The position numbers were made by a program, and so were the translations under genes. From positions 2,370,001 to 2,402,000 of the forward strand of contig FP565575.1 in the NCBI GenBank assembly GCA_000091165.1: a stretch of DNA of 32,000 nt. Reading direction: 5' to 3'. The notes below the pieces were generated by a model, which saw only the letters and a program-made list of their open reading frames with translations, had not been told where the DNA came from and did not search any database. The DNA is from Candidatus Methylomirabilis oxygeniifera. Its GTDB lineage: Bacteria; Methylomirabilota; Methylomirabilia; Methylomirabilales; Methylomirabilaceae. Below, in pieces: positions 23,642 through 32,000 of the stretch. The first letter of the stretch is position 1, and every line of letters begins with the position of its first letter.

Positions 23642-24556
23642 TTAATAGACCGACGTGAGCCAGTGCGCGTACTTTTTCTGCTTGCCCTTCACGACATCGA
23701 AATAGAGCGCTTGGATCTTTTCGGTAATCGACCCTATCCTGCCGTTACCCAGTAGCCGTCTATCGACTTCGATGATGGGCGAGACTTGCGCGCCCGTCCC
23801 GCAAAGGAACGCCTCATCGGCGACGTACAGCTCTGTCCTGCCGATAGGCCGCTCGATTGTTTCGATCCCCAGCTCCTCTCGGGCCAGCTCGATCACTGTG
23901 TCACGCGTGATCCCCTCAAGGATATCTTCGGACAGGGCAGGCGTGATCAGCTTTCCATCCCTGATGAGAAAGATGTTCTCCGCCGAGCCTTCCGAGACAA
24001 AACCCTCCTCGGTAAGAAAGATCGCCTCATCATAGCCATGTTCGAGTGCCTCGGTCTTGGCCAGGGCCGAATTCACATAGCCACCGGTGATCTTGCAGCG
24101 GGCCGGGATGGTATTATCGTGGATCCGGCGCCATGAAGAGAAGCCCACCTTGATCCCGCTTGAGACGTTAATGTAGTCGCCAAGCGGCAGTGTGTACATG
24201 GCAAAACCGCTGGCATAGCCGATAAACTTCGGGCCGATTCCGTCTGAATCGACATAGGCGATCGGCCGGATATAGGTGTCAGTTTCGGGGTGGTTTCGCC
24301 TGAGTAAGTCGAGGGTAATCTCCGACAGCTCCTTCACGTCCTTACCGATATTGAGCTTCAGGACGCGGCAGTTCCTGAGCATCCGGGCGTAGTGCTCCAC
24401 CATGCGGAAGACGTAAAGTTGCGGCTCATCCCGATTCCAATAGGCTCGGATTCCCTCGAAGATTCCAGTTCCGTACTGGAAGGTATTGTTCTGGATGCTG
24501 ATCTTGGCTTGATCAAGCGGGACGACCTGTCCCTTGAAATAGGCGTATATCATCAT
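23642..24556 (-). CDS. ilvE: Branched-chain amino acid aminotransferase
   Basis: 304 aa fold-type IV aminotransferase (...FEGIRAY..., ...EGSAENIF..., ...GITRD..., ...CGTGA...). Confidence 0.9.
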   Translation of the reverse strand: MMIYAYFKGQVVPLDQAKISIQNNTFQYGTGIFEGIRAYWNRDEPQLYVFRMVEHYARMLRNCRVLKLNIGKDVKELSEITLDLLRRNHPETDTYIRPIAYVDSDGIGPKFIGYASGFAMYTLPLGDYINVSSGIKVGFSSWRRIHDNTIPARCKITGGYVNSALAKTEALEHGYDEAIFLTEEGFVSEGSAENIFLIRDGKLITPALSEDILEGITRDTVIELAREELGIETIERPIGRTELYVADEAFLCGTGAQVSPIIEVDRRLLGNGRIGSITEKIQALYFDVVKGKQKKYAHWLTSVY

Positions 24557-24600
24557 ATCCCTCTCTCTGCGCCGTCACGCAATACCCGAATACCGGGCTC

Positions 24601-24629
24601 AACCTAGCCGGAATGAAGTGAAAAGTCAA
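24601..24629 (-). promoter_or_regulatory. Candidate sigma70 promoter for ilvE
   Basis: The minus strand reads TTGACT-N17-TAGGTT. Confidence 0.3.
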
Positions 24630-24666
24630 TAGATTTTGGGCTTCTCAAGAATGGGTCAACTTCCTC

Positions 24667-24695
24667 TTGACAGAGGATAATCCGGGGTGCAACAT
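24667..24695 (+). promoter_or_regulatory. Candidate sigma70 promoter for the cytochrome c gene
   Basis: CTTGACA-N17-CAACAT; the -10 element is weak. Confidence 0.3.
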
Positions 24696-24763
24696 GAACA
24701 TGTAAAAAGATGTCGGGTACTCATTACATGGACTGAGCGAGAACGACTTCGCGGGAGGAATCG

Positions 24764-25153
24764 ATGGTGAGAAGAGCGACGGTGCACGTGATGGTGCTGA
24801 CAGCTATGGTCGTCAGCTCGACAGGGGCTTGGGCGGCCGGGGCAGCCAATACCGAACCCAAGCCCCCGGAAAAGTTTGGGACCTTCTGTGGTCCGTGTCA
24901 CGGTTCTGCCGGTAAGGGGGACGGGCCGGCAGCGGCGTCTTTGAATCCCAAGCCGCGGAACTTTGCTGACGGCAAGTATATGAATACCAGAACCGACGCG
25001 CAACTGATCAATGTCATCAAGAACGGCAGCGCAGCCGAGAAGTTGAGCCCGCTGATGGTCGGCTACGGTAGCATGGTAAACGACAAGGAGATTCAAGACA
25101 TCGTGGGCTATATCCGTTCAATCGCTGTCCCGAAGTACCAGCCGAAGAAGTAG
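24764..25153 (+). CDS. Periplasmic class I c-type cytochrome (monoheme)
   Basis: Signal peptide, a CGPCHG heme-binding motif, and a downstream SPLMVGYG candidate Met ligand. GGGAGG SD 5 nt upstream. Confidence 0.85.
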   Translation: MVRRATVHVMVLTAMVVSSTGAWAAGAANTEPKPPEKFGTFCGPCHGSAGKGDGPAAASLNPKPRNFADGKYMNTRTDAQLINVIKNGSAAEKLSPLMVGYGSMVNDKEIQDIVGYIRSIAVPKYQPKK

Positions 25154-25175
25154 GGGCACGTTGCAACGCGCCCCT
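25152..25175. terminator. Palindrome bridging the convergent stop codons of the cytochrome c gene and thiI; possible bidirectional terminator
   Basis: AGGGGCACGTTGCAACGCGCCCCT is a near-perfect 24-nt palindrome with one mismatch and no U tract. Confidence 0.4.
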
Positions 25176-26376
25176 ACGGACCGGGAAACGTCAGCTCAAG
25201 GGAGTGCGCAGTAGCGTGAGCTTGCGCCGTGAGCCGGTCCAGGTCAAGGGGACGCTCGGCGAGCTCGACCTCGTGGTGAGTCGTGTGTGTCGCCACCTGC
25301 CTTGACAGAAACATCGAACAGCAGTCCTGATCGGGGATGATAGAGACATCATAACTGCCGATCTGTTGCGCCTGCTGCGTGATCTCGTCCTTATCCATAC
25401 CGATCAACGGCCGCAGGATCGGCAGGGTCGATACCTGTTCGATGGTGGAAATATTTTCAATGGTTTGTGACGACACCTGGCCGAGACTCTCGCCGGTCAC
25501 CAGGGCTTGGGCGCCTTCCTTCCTGGCGATCTGTTCGGCGATTCGCAGCATCAGCCGTCGATACACAGGGACCCTCAGGCGTCCCGTGACGTGTGCGACG
25601 ACTTCCTGCTGGATTTCGCCGAAGGGCACCAGGTAAAGACGAGAGGTAAACTGACACCGGGTGAGCAGACGTACCAGCTCGATTGCTTTGTCTTGTGAGG
25701 TTCGATCGGCAAACGGCTGGCTATGGAAGTGGATAAAGACGATACGGCAGCCCCGCTTCATCATTCGGTAGGCCGCAACCGGGGAATCGATCCCGCCTGA
25801 CAGCAGACACGCAAGAGTCCCGCCGGTCCCCACCGGCAGGCCCCCAGGGCCCAGGAACTTTTCGAAGTAGACAAACGCCTCATTGGGAAGGACTTCGATA
25901 GTGATAGTCAAGTCCGGGTCTGTGAGATCGACGCGAGCGCCGCAGATACGCTGTACCCTGGCCCCGATCATCTCGTTGATCTGCTGGGAGGTCTGTGGAA
26001 AGGTTTTGAAGGCACGACGAGCTGCCACGCGAAAGCTGCGGAATGAACGGCCGGAGACCTCTTCTTCGATCCGTTGTGCGAGTAGTTCCAAGTTGGGTGC
26101 CATGGTCAAGGCGGGGGCGAAATTCGCAATTCCGAAGATACGACTCAGTCGGTGCCGTAGGACCTCCCACGAGGCCTCCTCGGATGTCGTGAGGAACAGC
26201 CGACCGGCTAGTCGCTCAAGCGGACCGCAGCCGAGATCGCGCGTGGCTGCCAGGAGATTGGCCTCAAGCTGCCTCAGGAAGAAGCCCCGGTTTTTCCCCT
26301 TGAGGGCGATCTCATTGTAATGAATGAGGGCGCCCCGCACCGGCTCTCGTGCTCTCGCGTGACTTTCGTTTTTCAT
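25174..26376 (-). CDS. thiI: tRNA 4-thiouridine synthase ThiI (no rhodanese domain)
   Basis: THUMP-type N-terminal half and a PP-loop (LLSGGIDSPVAAY). Start trimmed to the ATG at 26376 (MKNESH...) with a GGGGGGGGAG SD-containing leader. Confidence 0.88.
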   Translation of the reverse strand: MKNESHARAREPVRGALIHYNEIALKGKNRGFFLRQLEANLLAATRDLGCGPLERLAGRLFLTTSEEASWEVLRHRLSRIFGIANFAPALTMAPNLELLAQRIEEEVSGRSFRSFRVAARRAFKTFPQTSQQINEMIGARVQRICGARVDLTDPDLTITIEVLPNEAFVYFEKFLGPGGLPVGTGGTLACLLSGGIDSPVAAYRMMKRGCRIVFIHFHSQPFADRTSQDKAIELVRLLTRCQFTSRLYLVPFGEIQQEVVAHVTGRLRVPVYRRLMLRIAEQIARKEGAQALVTGESLGQVSSQTIENISTIEQVSTLPILRPLIGMDKDEITQQAQQIGSYDVSIIPDQDCCSMFLSRQVATHTTHHEVELAERPLDLDRLTAQAHATAHSLELTFPGP

Positions 26377-26476
26377 AATGTCTCCCCCCCCTAGACTCCT
26401 ATTTCCCCCCCCGATCATCCTAGCACGTTCTCCCTCCGCCGTGATCGACAATCAAGGAGGGACGGACACTGTTATC

Positions 26477-26505
26477 TTGACAATTTATAGTATTCGCTGT
26501 AATGA
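26477..26505 (+). promoter_or_regulatory. Candidate sigma70 promoter directly abutting the RAYT-like ORF
   Basis: TTGACA-N17-TAATGA. The -10 element ends 6 nt before the ATA at 26512. Confidence 0.5.
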
Positions 26506-26511
26506 TCTTAC

Positions 26512-27189
26512 ATAGCGCGGATTGCTCGAATCGTTGCAACGGGCCACCCTTATCATGTTACGCAAAGGGGGAATTATCGCCAAGCGGTCTTTCGAAACGA
26601 CGAAGATCGTTCTCGATATTTATCCTGGGTTAATGAATACAGCCGCAAATTTCACCTATCGGTATGGGCCTATTGCTTAATGGACAACCATGTTCATTTC
26701 ATTGTCCAACCGTTGAAAGAGACATCGTTGGCTAAAGTGTTCAGCGTGACCCATATGCGGTATGCTCAATATTTCAATAAAGAGAGGAAGGTGTCCGGAC
26801 ACTTGTGGCAGGGACGCTTTTATTCCTGCCTACTTGATGAGCCTTATCTTATGGCGGCAATACGGTACGTTGAGAGGAATCCGGTACGGACCAAGATGGT
26901 CAACAGGCCCTGGCAATGGAAACGGTCCAGTGCAGCCGCTCACATCGGTGGAACAGATGAGATAGTCGATGTCATCGAGATAAAGGAATCGGTAGGCGTT
27001 TCCAAGGAGTCATGGAGAGAGCACATCGAATCGGATGATAATGCCCCAGATGTGGAAGTCCTTCGAAAGCACACGATGACAGGACGACCATTGGGAGGGG
27101 ATGGGTTCATCGGGGAATTGAATAGACAACTGGGACAAGTAGTAAGCGTTTTGCAGAGAGGAAGGCCAAGAAAGGATCTCAAGAAATAG
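26512..27189 (+). CDS. REP-associated tyrosine transposase (RAYT) / IS200-like HUH Y1 transposase homolog; no canonical start codon for the conserved N-terminus
   Basis: The track ORF starts at the ATG at 26680 (MDNHVHFIV), but the same frame is open from 26506. That stretch encodes IARIARIVATGHPYHVTQRGNYRQAVFRNDEDRSRYLSWVNEYSRKFHLSVWAYCL, the conserved family N-terminus. HUH motif HVH at 26689-26697. GHLWQGRFYS and RYVERNPVR motifs are also present. Confidence 0.75.
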   Translation: MARIARIVATGHPYHVTQRGNYRQAVFRNDEDRSRYLSWVNEYSRKFHLSVWAYCLMDNHVHFIVQPLKETSLAKVFSVTHMRYAQYFNKERKVSGHLWQGRFYSCLLDEPYLMAAIRYVERNPVRTKMVNRPWQWKRSSAAAHIGGTDEIVDVIEIKESVGVSKESWREHIESDDNAPDVEVLRKHTMTGRPLGGDGFIGELNRQLGQVVSVLQRGRPRKDLKK

Positions 27190-27241
27190 TGTCTGTCCCC
27201 ATTAAGCCCTCGCGTGGTTGTGCAACCGGTCTCGTGGCAGC

Positions 27242-28762
27242 ATGAAGAAATCCTCATCCTCATTAATCGCAATCGGTGGTGAAGGTGTGCGAGCGGCTCG
27301 TCGATGCGCCATCTCTCCTCCTTCCCCTTCCGTCGAACAGCGCTCAACGCTCCCCCTGATCATTCAAGGCGGTATGGGTGCCGCTGTCTCCAACTGGCGG
27401 CTAGCCAACGCCGTGGCACGAACGGGCCAGTTGGGGGTCGTCTCCGGCACCGGTCTCGATACGGTGTTCGTACGTCGCCTGCAGGATGGCGATTGTGGCG
27501 GTCACATGCGGCGCGGGATGGAACAGTTTCCGATCCGTCGCGCTGCAGACGAGGCCATGCGCCGCTACTATCGGCCCGAGGGCCGGGCGCCGGGTGAGCC
27601 GTACACGATGCTTCCCCTGTACCGCCAGGTGGTGGCTCCCGCTCGGCACGAGCTCACCATGCTGGCCGCATTCGTCGAAGTGTTCCTTGCCAGAGAGGGA
27701 CACGATGCGCCGGTCGGTATCAATCTGCTCACCAAAATTCAGCTACTCACGCTGCCGACGCTCTACGGCGCGATGCTCGCCGGGGTCGGCTACGTCCTGA
27801 TGGGCGCCGGCATCCCGCGAGAGATTGCAGGAGCGCTCGACCTGCTTGCCGGGCACCACACGGCCAGGCTCCGATTCGACGTGGAGGGACTCCCCTCCGA
27901 CGCCGTCGAATACCTCGAGTTTGACCCCAGCGCTCATTGGGAGACGTCGCCGCCGCCACTCGTGCGGCCGAAGTTCTTCCCGATCGTCGCAAGTAACTCC
28001 CTGGCGACGATGCTTGCCCGCAAGGCGATCGGCCAGGTGGACGGATTCGTGATCGAAGGCCCCACCGCCGGTGGCCACAACGCCCCACCTCGCGGGGAGC
28101 CATGGTTTAACGAGCGCGGTGAGCCGATCTACAGCAAACGCGACGAGGTAGACCTCGAGAAGATCAGGGAGCTGGGACTGCCTTTCTGGGTGGCGGGCGG
28201 GACCGGACACCCCGAGTGCCTGGTTGCGGCACGCAAGGCGGGAGCCGCTGGAATTCAGGTCGGGACACTCTTCGCCTTCTGCGACGAATCAGGGATCGCC
28301 GAGCCGATCAAGCGCTCGGTACTCGCCCATGCGGCCCGTGGCGAGGTAGACGTTCGCACGGAGCCCCGCGCATCGCCCACCGGCTTTCCAATCAAGGTTG
28401 TGGAATGGGCCGAGAATCCCGCCATGGGCATATCGCGCGAGCGGGTCTGCGATCTGGGGTACCTGCGTGTCGCCTTCATGACGGCGGATGGGAAAATAGA
28501 CTACCGGTGCCCCAGTGAGCCGGAGGCCGCCTACGTGAAAAAGGGCGGCAGGATGGAGGATACGATCGGCCGTCAGTGCCTGTGCAACGCGCTGCTCTCC
28601 GTCATCGGTCACCCGCAGATCAGTGCCGACGGGACCGTGGAGCCGCCGATCGTGACCAGCGGCGATGATCTTGCGACCATCGGTGACTTCCTGGGCGACC
28701 GGACGAGCTACACTGCCGCAGACGTCGTCGCCTATCTGTTGTCAGATCGTGGTGCGGCCTAG
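27242..28762 (+). CDS. Nitronate monooxygenase / 2-nitropropane dioxygenase-like FMN oxidoreductase (long form)
   Basis: LPLIIQGGMGAAVSNWRLANAVARTGQLGVVSG and ...DGFVIEGPTAGGH... are NMO/FabK-like TIM-barrel motifs. The start (TTG at 27218, ATG at 27242 or GTG at 27287) is uncertain. Confidence 0.7.
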   Translation: MKKSSSSLIAIGGEGVRAARRCAISPPSPSVEQRSTLPLIIQGGMGAAVSNWRLANAVARTGQLGVVSGTGLDTVFVRRLQDGDCGGHMRRGMEQFPIRRAADEAMRRYYRPEGRAPGEPYTMLPLYRQVVAPARHELTMLAAFVEVFLAREGHDAPVGINLLTKIQLLTLPTLYGAMLAGVGYVLMGAGIPREIAGALDLLAGHHTARLRFDVEGLPSDAVEYLEFDPSAHWETSPPPLVRPKFFPIVASNSLATMLARKAIGQVDGFVIEGPTAGGHNAPPRGEPWFNERGEPIYSKRDEVDLEKIRELGLPFWVAGGTGHPECLVAARKAGAAGIQVGTLFAFCDESGIAEPIKRSVLAHAARGEVDVRTEPRASPTGFPIKVVEWAENPAMGISRERVCDLGYLRVAFMTADGKIDYRCPSEPEAAYVKKGGRMEDTIGRQCLCNALLSVIGHPQISADGTVEPPIVTSGDDLATIGDFLGDRTSYTAADVVAYLLSDRGAA

Positions 28763-28793
28763 GGGTGTTTCGGCCTAACCATCTACCACTGCA

Positions 28794-29501
28794 ATGAAAC
28801 CACTCCTGGTCTTTCAGCACATCGGGTGCGAGACGCCTGGTATTTTTCTCGACCTGCTCCAGACGCAGCAGCGACCCGTGGAAACGGTGAGGCTGTACGA
28901 GGGCGATCGGCCGCCAAAGGATCTGTCGCCATTTTCCGGACTGCTGGTCATGGGCGGGCCGATGAGTGTCAACGACGAAGCGGATTATCCGTGGTTGAGG
29001 GAGGAGGATCGACTCCTGAAAGAGGCACTGGAGCTCGATTTTCCCACATTGGGCATTTGCCTCGGCTCACAACTCATTGCCAAGGCGGCCGGCGGGACGA
29101 TCCGCCAGGGGCCGTGCAAGGAGATCGGCTGGTACCCGATCCAGCTCACGACGGCGGCGCGCCACGATCGACTATTTGGCGGATTCCACGAGTCGGTTGA
29201 GGTGTTCGAGTGGCACGGCGAGTACTTTGATACGCCGCCGGGGGCAGTCAACCTTGCCAGGTCGGCACTCTACGAGTGTCAGGCCTTTTCGATCGATCGC
29301 AACGTCTACGGCCTGTTGTTTCATCTCGAGGTCACGTCGTCGATGGTCTCCGACTGGGTCAGGATCTTTGCGCAGGAGCTGGATGGGGTCAAGGACTATA
29401 TCCGGCCCGATACGATCCTTGAACAGCTTCCATCCAGAATCGACGCACTCAACCGGCGAGCCAGGATTCTCTTCGCGCACTTCTGCGAGAACCTACGCTA
29501 A
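28794..29501 (+). CDS. Class I glutamine amidotransferase-like protein
   Basis: The GICLGSQLIA nucleophile elbow and FHLE motif are typical of the GATase1 family. Confidence 0.8.
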   Translation: MKPLLVFQHIGCETPGIFLDLLQTQQRPVETVRLYEGDRPPKDLSPFSGLLVMGGPMSVNDEADYPWLREEDRLLKEALELDFPTLGICLGSQLIAKAAGGTIRQGPCKEIGWYPIQLTTAARHDRLFGGFHESVEVFEWHGEYFDTPPGAVNLARSALYECQAFSIDRNVYGLLFHLEVTSSMVSDWVRIFAQELDGVKDYIRPDTILEQLPSRIDALNRRARILFAHFCENLR

Positions 29502-29800
29502 CTGCCGGGCGGCTTAAGACGGACCACTGTCGCCCCCCAACCTCCGGCCTGTAGCGGCGCATCGGCACAGGACAGGACATCGGGATGGTTCGTCAGAAGT
29601 CGCCTGACGATTGCCCGCTGCGTACCGGTTCCCTTCCCGTGAATCAGCCGCACGTCCAGGATTCCAGCCTGACGGCACTGCCATAGATACTCCTCGACCA
29701 CCGAGACGATCTCTTTCGGCGCAAAGGGGTGAAGGTCGAGCAGTCCCTCGATCGGTACGCAGACCGGTTCTTCAAAAGGCGGGAGATTCTCGGGTGTCAT
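29498..29800 (-). CDS. Stand-alone Smr domain protein (~100 aa)
   Basis: LDLHPF...EEYLWQCRQAGILDVRLIHGKGTGTQRAIVRRLL is the Smr core. Start trimmed to the ATG at 29800, because the track's 30082 start overlaps the permease gene in another frame. The stop codon overlaps the GATase stop codon. Confidence 0.75.
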   Translation of the reverse strand: MTPENLPPFEEPVCVPIEGLLDLHPFAPKEIVSVVEEYLWQCRQAGILDVRLIHGKGTGTQRAIVRRLLTNHPDVLSCADAPLQAGGWGATVVRLKPPGS

Positions 29801-29817
29801 GGCAGCGTCCTGATAAC

Positions 29818-30321
29818 CTACGATCGGAGAAACAGGGCGTACAGACGCTGGCCGATCATGCCGACAATCGGTGGCAGGAACAGGCTGGGAAGTGTCCTGG
29901 CCATGACAAAGGCCCAGCCCAGAAACGGGACCTCCCACGTGAACAATCGAATCGGCGACAGAAGCGCCTTCGCCGTGATAAAGGTGAGTAGCGGCCCGAC
30001 CCCCATTCCTTCCCTGAAGAGCGACGCGGCCAAAGGGAAGACGATATACGGCCCGCCGGGCATCAGCAGACCCACCAGCCACCCGAGCAGGATGCCCTGC
30101 ACGCCGGACTCCTTACCCATCCATTTGACCAGCAGCTCCCGGGGAACGAGCACCTCGAAGAGGCCGGCCAGACAGAAACCGAACAACAGCGGCAGCCAGA
30201 CCTCCCGGAGCAGCCCGAATCCGGCCTGAATACCCTGCAGGGGCAGATCCTTCCCTTTCGTCAAGGCCCACGCAATCATCAGGATGGTCAGCCCCCCCAT
30301 CACAAGGACGTCGGTATCCAT
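29818..30321 (-). CDS. Predicted permease (multi-TM membrane protein)
   Basis: Four to five hydrophobic segments (...LLFGFCLAGLFEVLVP..., ...GILLGWLVGLLMPGGPYIVFPLA...). The ATG at 30321 lies 8 nt after GAGGGGA. The track start is the GTG at 30360. Confidence 0.65.
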   Translation of the reverse strand: MDTDVLVMGGLTILMIAWALTKGKDLPLQGIQAGFGLLREVWLPLLFGFCLAGLFEVLVPRELLVKWMGKESGVQGILLGWLVGLLMPGGPYIVFPLAASLFREGMGVGPLLTFITAKALLSPIRLFTWEVPFLGWAFVMARTLPSLFLPPIVGMIGQRLYALFLRS

Positions 30322-30395
30322 GGTCTTTTTTCCCCTCTGCGTCGTCGGTGTGTCTGCCACACCACTCCTCCCGTGATCGAAGGCCTGAGGATGAA

Positions 30396-31787
30396 TCAGG
30401 GCCGGGATAGGCCGAACTTCTTAAGCCGATAACGAAGCGTGTCTCGACTGAGGCGAAGCAGCCTGGCGGCCTTCGTCTGATTGCCGCCGCTGTCCCGTAA
30501 CGCCAGCTCCACCAACGACCGTTCCCACGCCTCCAGGTCGATCCCCTCCCGCGGGAGCGCCCCAGGAACAAGACCGGCAGTCGACAGGAGGTCCGGCGAC
30601 GTGCTCGGCGGCACAGGGGCCAGAGAGAGCTGATCGATCGACAGCCGATCCCCGTGGCTCCACAGGACGGCACGCTCGATGACGTGGCTCAGCTCCCGAA
30701 TGTTGCCGGGCCACGAATACTCAAGGAGGGTTCGGGCGGCCCGGTTGTCGATCGTGCGAATCGCCTTACCGTACTTGGCGTTGAACGTCTCCAGAAAGTG
30801 GGTGGCGAGCAGCAAGATATCCTCGTCGCGCTCGCGCAATGGCGGCAGATCGATGGTGATGACGGCAAGCCGATAGTAGAGGTCTTTTCTAAATCGAGCG
30901 GCCTTGACCTCGGTTTCGAGGTCCCGATGGGTGGCAGCTACAATCGTGACATCCACTCGCCGATCCCGTAGCCCCCCGACCCGACGGATGACCCGTTCCT
31001 CGACGGCGCGAAGCAGCTTGCCTTGAAGGGCGAGTTCGGTGTCGCCCACCTCGTCCAGGTAGAGGAAGCCTCCATCAGCCGCCTCGAACAGACCCATCTT
31101 CGATTCCTTCGCATCGGTAAACGCCCCGCGCTCGTATCCGAACAGTTCCGCCTCCATCAGCGTGGCTGGGAGCGCCGTGCAGTTGATCTCGATGAAGGCG
31201 CGTGACGCCCGCCGACTGTGGCGGTGCAGTGTGCGCGCCACCAACCCTTTTCCGGTCCCCGTCTCCCCTGTGATCAGAATGGGGGGGGAGTCCTCCAACG
31301 CGGCAATCTGCTGGATCCGAGCAACGATCTCGCACATGGCCGCGCACTTCCCGATAATCCCCATGTAGGGGCGCTCCCGGACGTCCCGCTCCCTGTAATA
31401 GGAGAGCTCCTGTCGCAACCGTGCGCTCTCACACGCCCGGTCGGCCAGCATCTTCAGTTCATCAAGGTCGACCGGTTTCTTAATGTAGTCGAACGCTCCC
31501 AGCTTGACCGCCTCCACCGCTCCCTCAATGGAGCCGTAGGCGGTCATGATGATGACGGCAATATTGCGGTCGAACTCTTTGATTCTGCTCAGCAACTCCA
31601 TGCCGCTTTGGCCCGGCAGGCAGACATCCAGAAAGACCAGGTCCGGACGGAGGCGATCCAGCAGCTCCAGCGCCCTGTCGGCGTTCTCAGCCACTTCCGC
31701 CTCGTACCCCTGTTCGGTCATGAACAGCTTGATCGAGCGAGCCAGGGTGCGCTCATCGTCCACAATTAACAGAGTCGAGGGGTTCAT
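30396..31787 (-). CDS. Sigma54-dependent response regulator (NtrC/AtoC family)
   Basis: Receiver domain (LLIVDDE...[11 protein letters not shown]), an AAA+ domain with GETGTGKG, the GAFTDA motif and [10 protein letters not shown], and a C-terminal Fis-type HTH ([22 protein letters not shown]). Confidence 0.92.
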   Translation of the reverse strand: MNPSTLLIVDDERTLARSIKLFMTEQGYEAEVAENADRALELLDRLRPDLVFLDVCLPGQSGMELLSRIKEFDRNIAVIIMTAYGSIEGAVEAVKLGAFDYIKKPVDLDELKMLADRACESARLRQELSYYRERDVRERPYMGIIGKCAAMCEIVARIQQIAALEDSPPILITGETGTGKGLVARTLHRHSRRASRAFIEINCTALPATLMEAELFGYERGAFTDAKESKMGLFEAADGGFLYLDEVGDTELALQGKLLRAVEERVIRRVGGLRDRRVDVTIVAATHRDLETEVKAARFRKDLYYRLAVITIDLPPLRERDEDILLLATHFLETFNAKYGKAIRTIDNRAARTLLEYSWPGNIRELSHVIERAVLWSHGDRLSIDQLSLAPVPPSTSPDLLSTAGLVPGALPREGIDLEAWERSLVELALRDSGGNQTKAARLLRLSRDTLRYRLKKFGLSRP

Positions 31788-32000
31788 GTTGTCCTGTCCC
31801 GGTTGCCCGATGAGGTCGGTAGTGTGATGCTCACTGTGGTTCCGACTCCCGGTGTGCTGGCGATGTCCAGTGATCCGCCGTTCTGCACCACATACCGTTT
31901 TGCGATGGCGAGGCCAAGACCGGTTCCTTCCGCCCTCGTCGTGAAGAATGGATCACAGACCGACGGGAGGACCTGTGTGGCGATCCCATTTCCGGTATCG
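31784..32000 (-). CDS. Sensor histidine kinase, C-terminal HATPase fragment; the gene enters from the right edge
   Basis: Manual reverse translation gives [60 protein letters not shown] (G1, F and G2 boxes). Its TGA stop overlaps the response regulator ATG (ATGA). Confidence 0.85.
   Translation of the reverse strand, partial: DTGNGIATQVLPSVCDPFFTTRAEGTGLGLAIAKRYVVQNGGSLDIASTPGVGTTVSITLPTSSGNRDRTT

Noticed and set aside
26392-26400. Shared 9-mer TAGACTCCT between the thiI leader and the dnaK-hsp20 element (reverse complement of 7250-7258)
   Set aside because: A single 9-mer match across 64 kb of two-strand sequence is expected by chance about a quarter of the time.
29498-30082. 194-aa version of the Smr ORF
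   Set aside because: Its N-terminal 94 codons overlap the permease gene in another frame and are Gly/Arg-rich with no signal. The Smr domain starts just after the internal ATG at 29800.

Overview
Densely coding bacterial chromosomal segment, roughly 58-60% GC by eye. I found no rRNA, tRNA, CRISPR array or complete IS element. Organism cannot be assigned from the sequence alone. Two edge-truncated genes missing from the ORF track were recovered by hand: mutS2 at the left edge and a histidine kinase at the right edge.

Gene content by region:
- Minus strand, 1-9.2 kb: mutS2 (partial), yqeY, rpsU, a secreted cyclophilin, a frameshifted PD40-repeat relic hidden in an 'intergenic' gap, and a lipoprotein. 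These are followed by htpX and an HspR-type heat-shock operon, dnaK-hsp20-dnaJ-hspR, with no grpE.
- 9.5-12.5 kb, plus strand: cutA, mltD (SLT domain plus 3 LysM repeats) and a small membrane protein.
- 12.5-18.1 kb: a ~660-nt AT-rich non-coding leader followed by a two-gene secreted redox operon.
- 18.3-23.6 kb: a nucleotide-sugar cluster of rmlA, an rmlC-like gene, rmlB, a PMI cupin, manC, a gmd relic and uxs.
- 23.6-32 kb: ilvE, a small cytochrome c, thiI, a RAYT/IS200-like HUH transposase gene lacking a canonical start codon, an NMO-like flavoprotein, GATase1, a stand-alone Smr protein, a permease, and a sigma54-type response regulator with a partial histidine kinase.

The redox operon is the best candidate for an undescribed system. 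It encodes an oversized multicopper oxidase with all four Cu motifs. It also encodes an 838-aa fusion of a class I cytochrome c (CATCH), an amicyanin-like type-1 Cu cupredoxin (C-x2-H-P-Y-M), a YVTN-like beta-propeller and a Cys-paired C-terminal domain.

A family of intergenic palindromes built from degenerate CTGANNG heptads occupies both internal intergenic gaps of the heat-shock operon and the cutA 3' flank.
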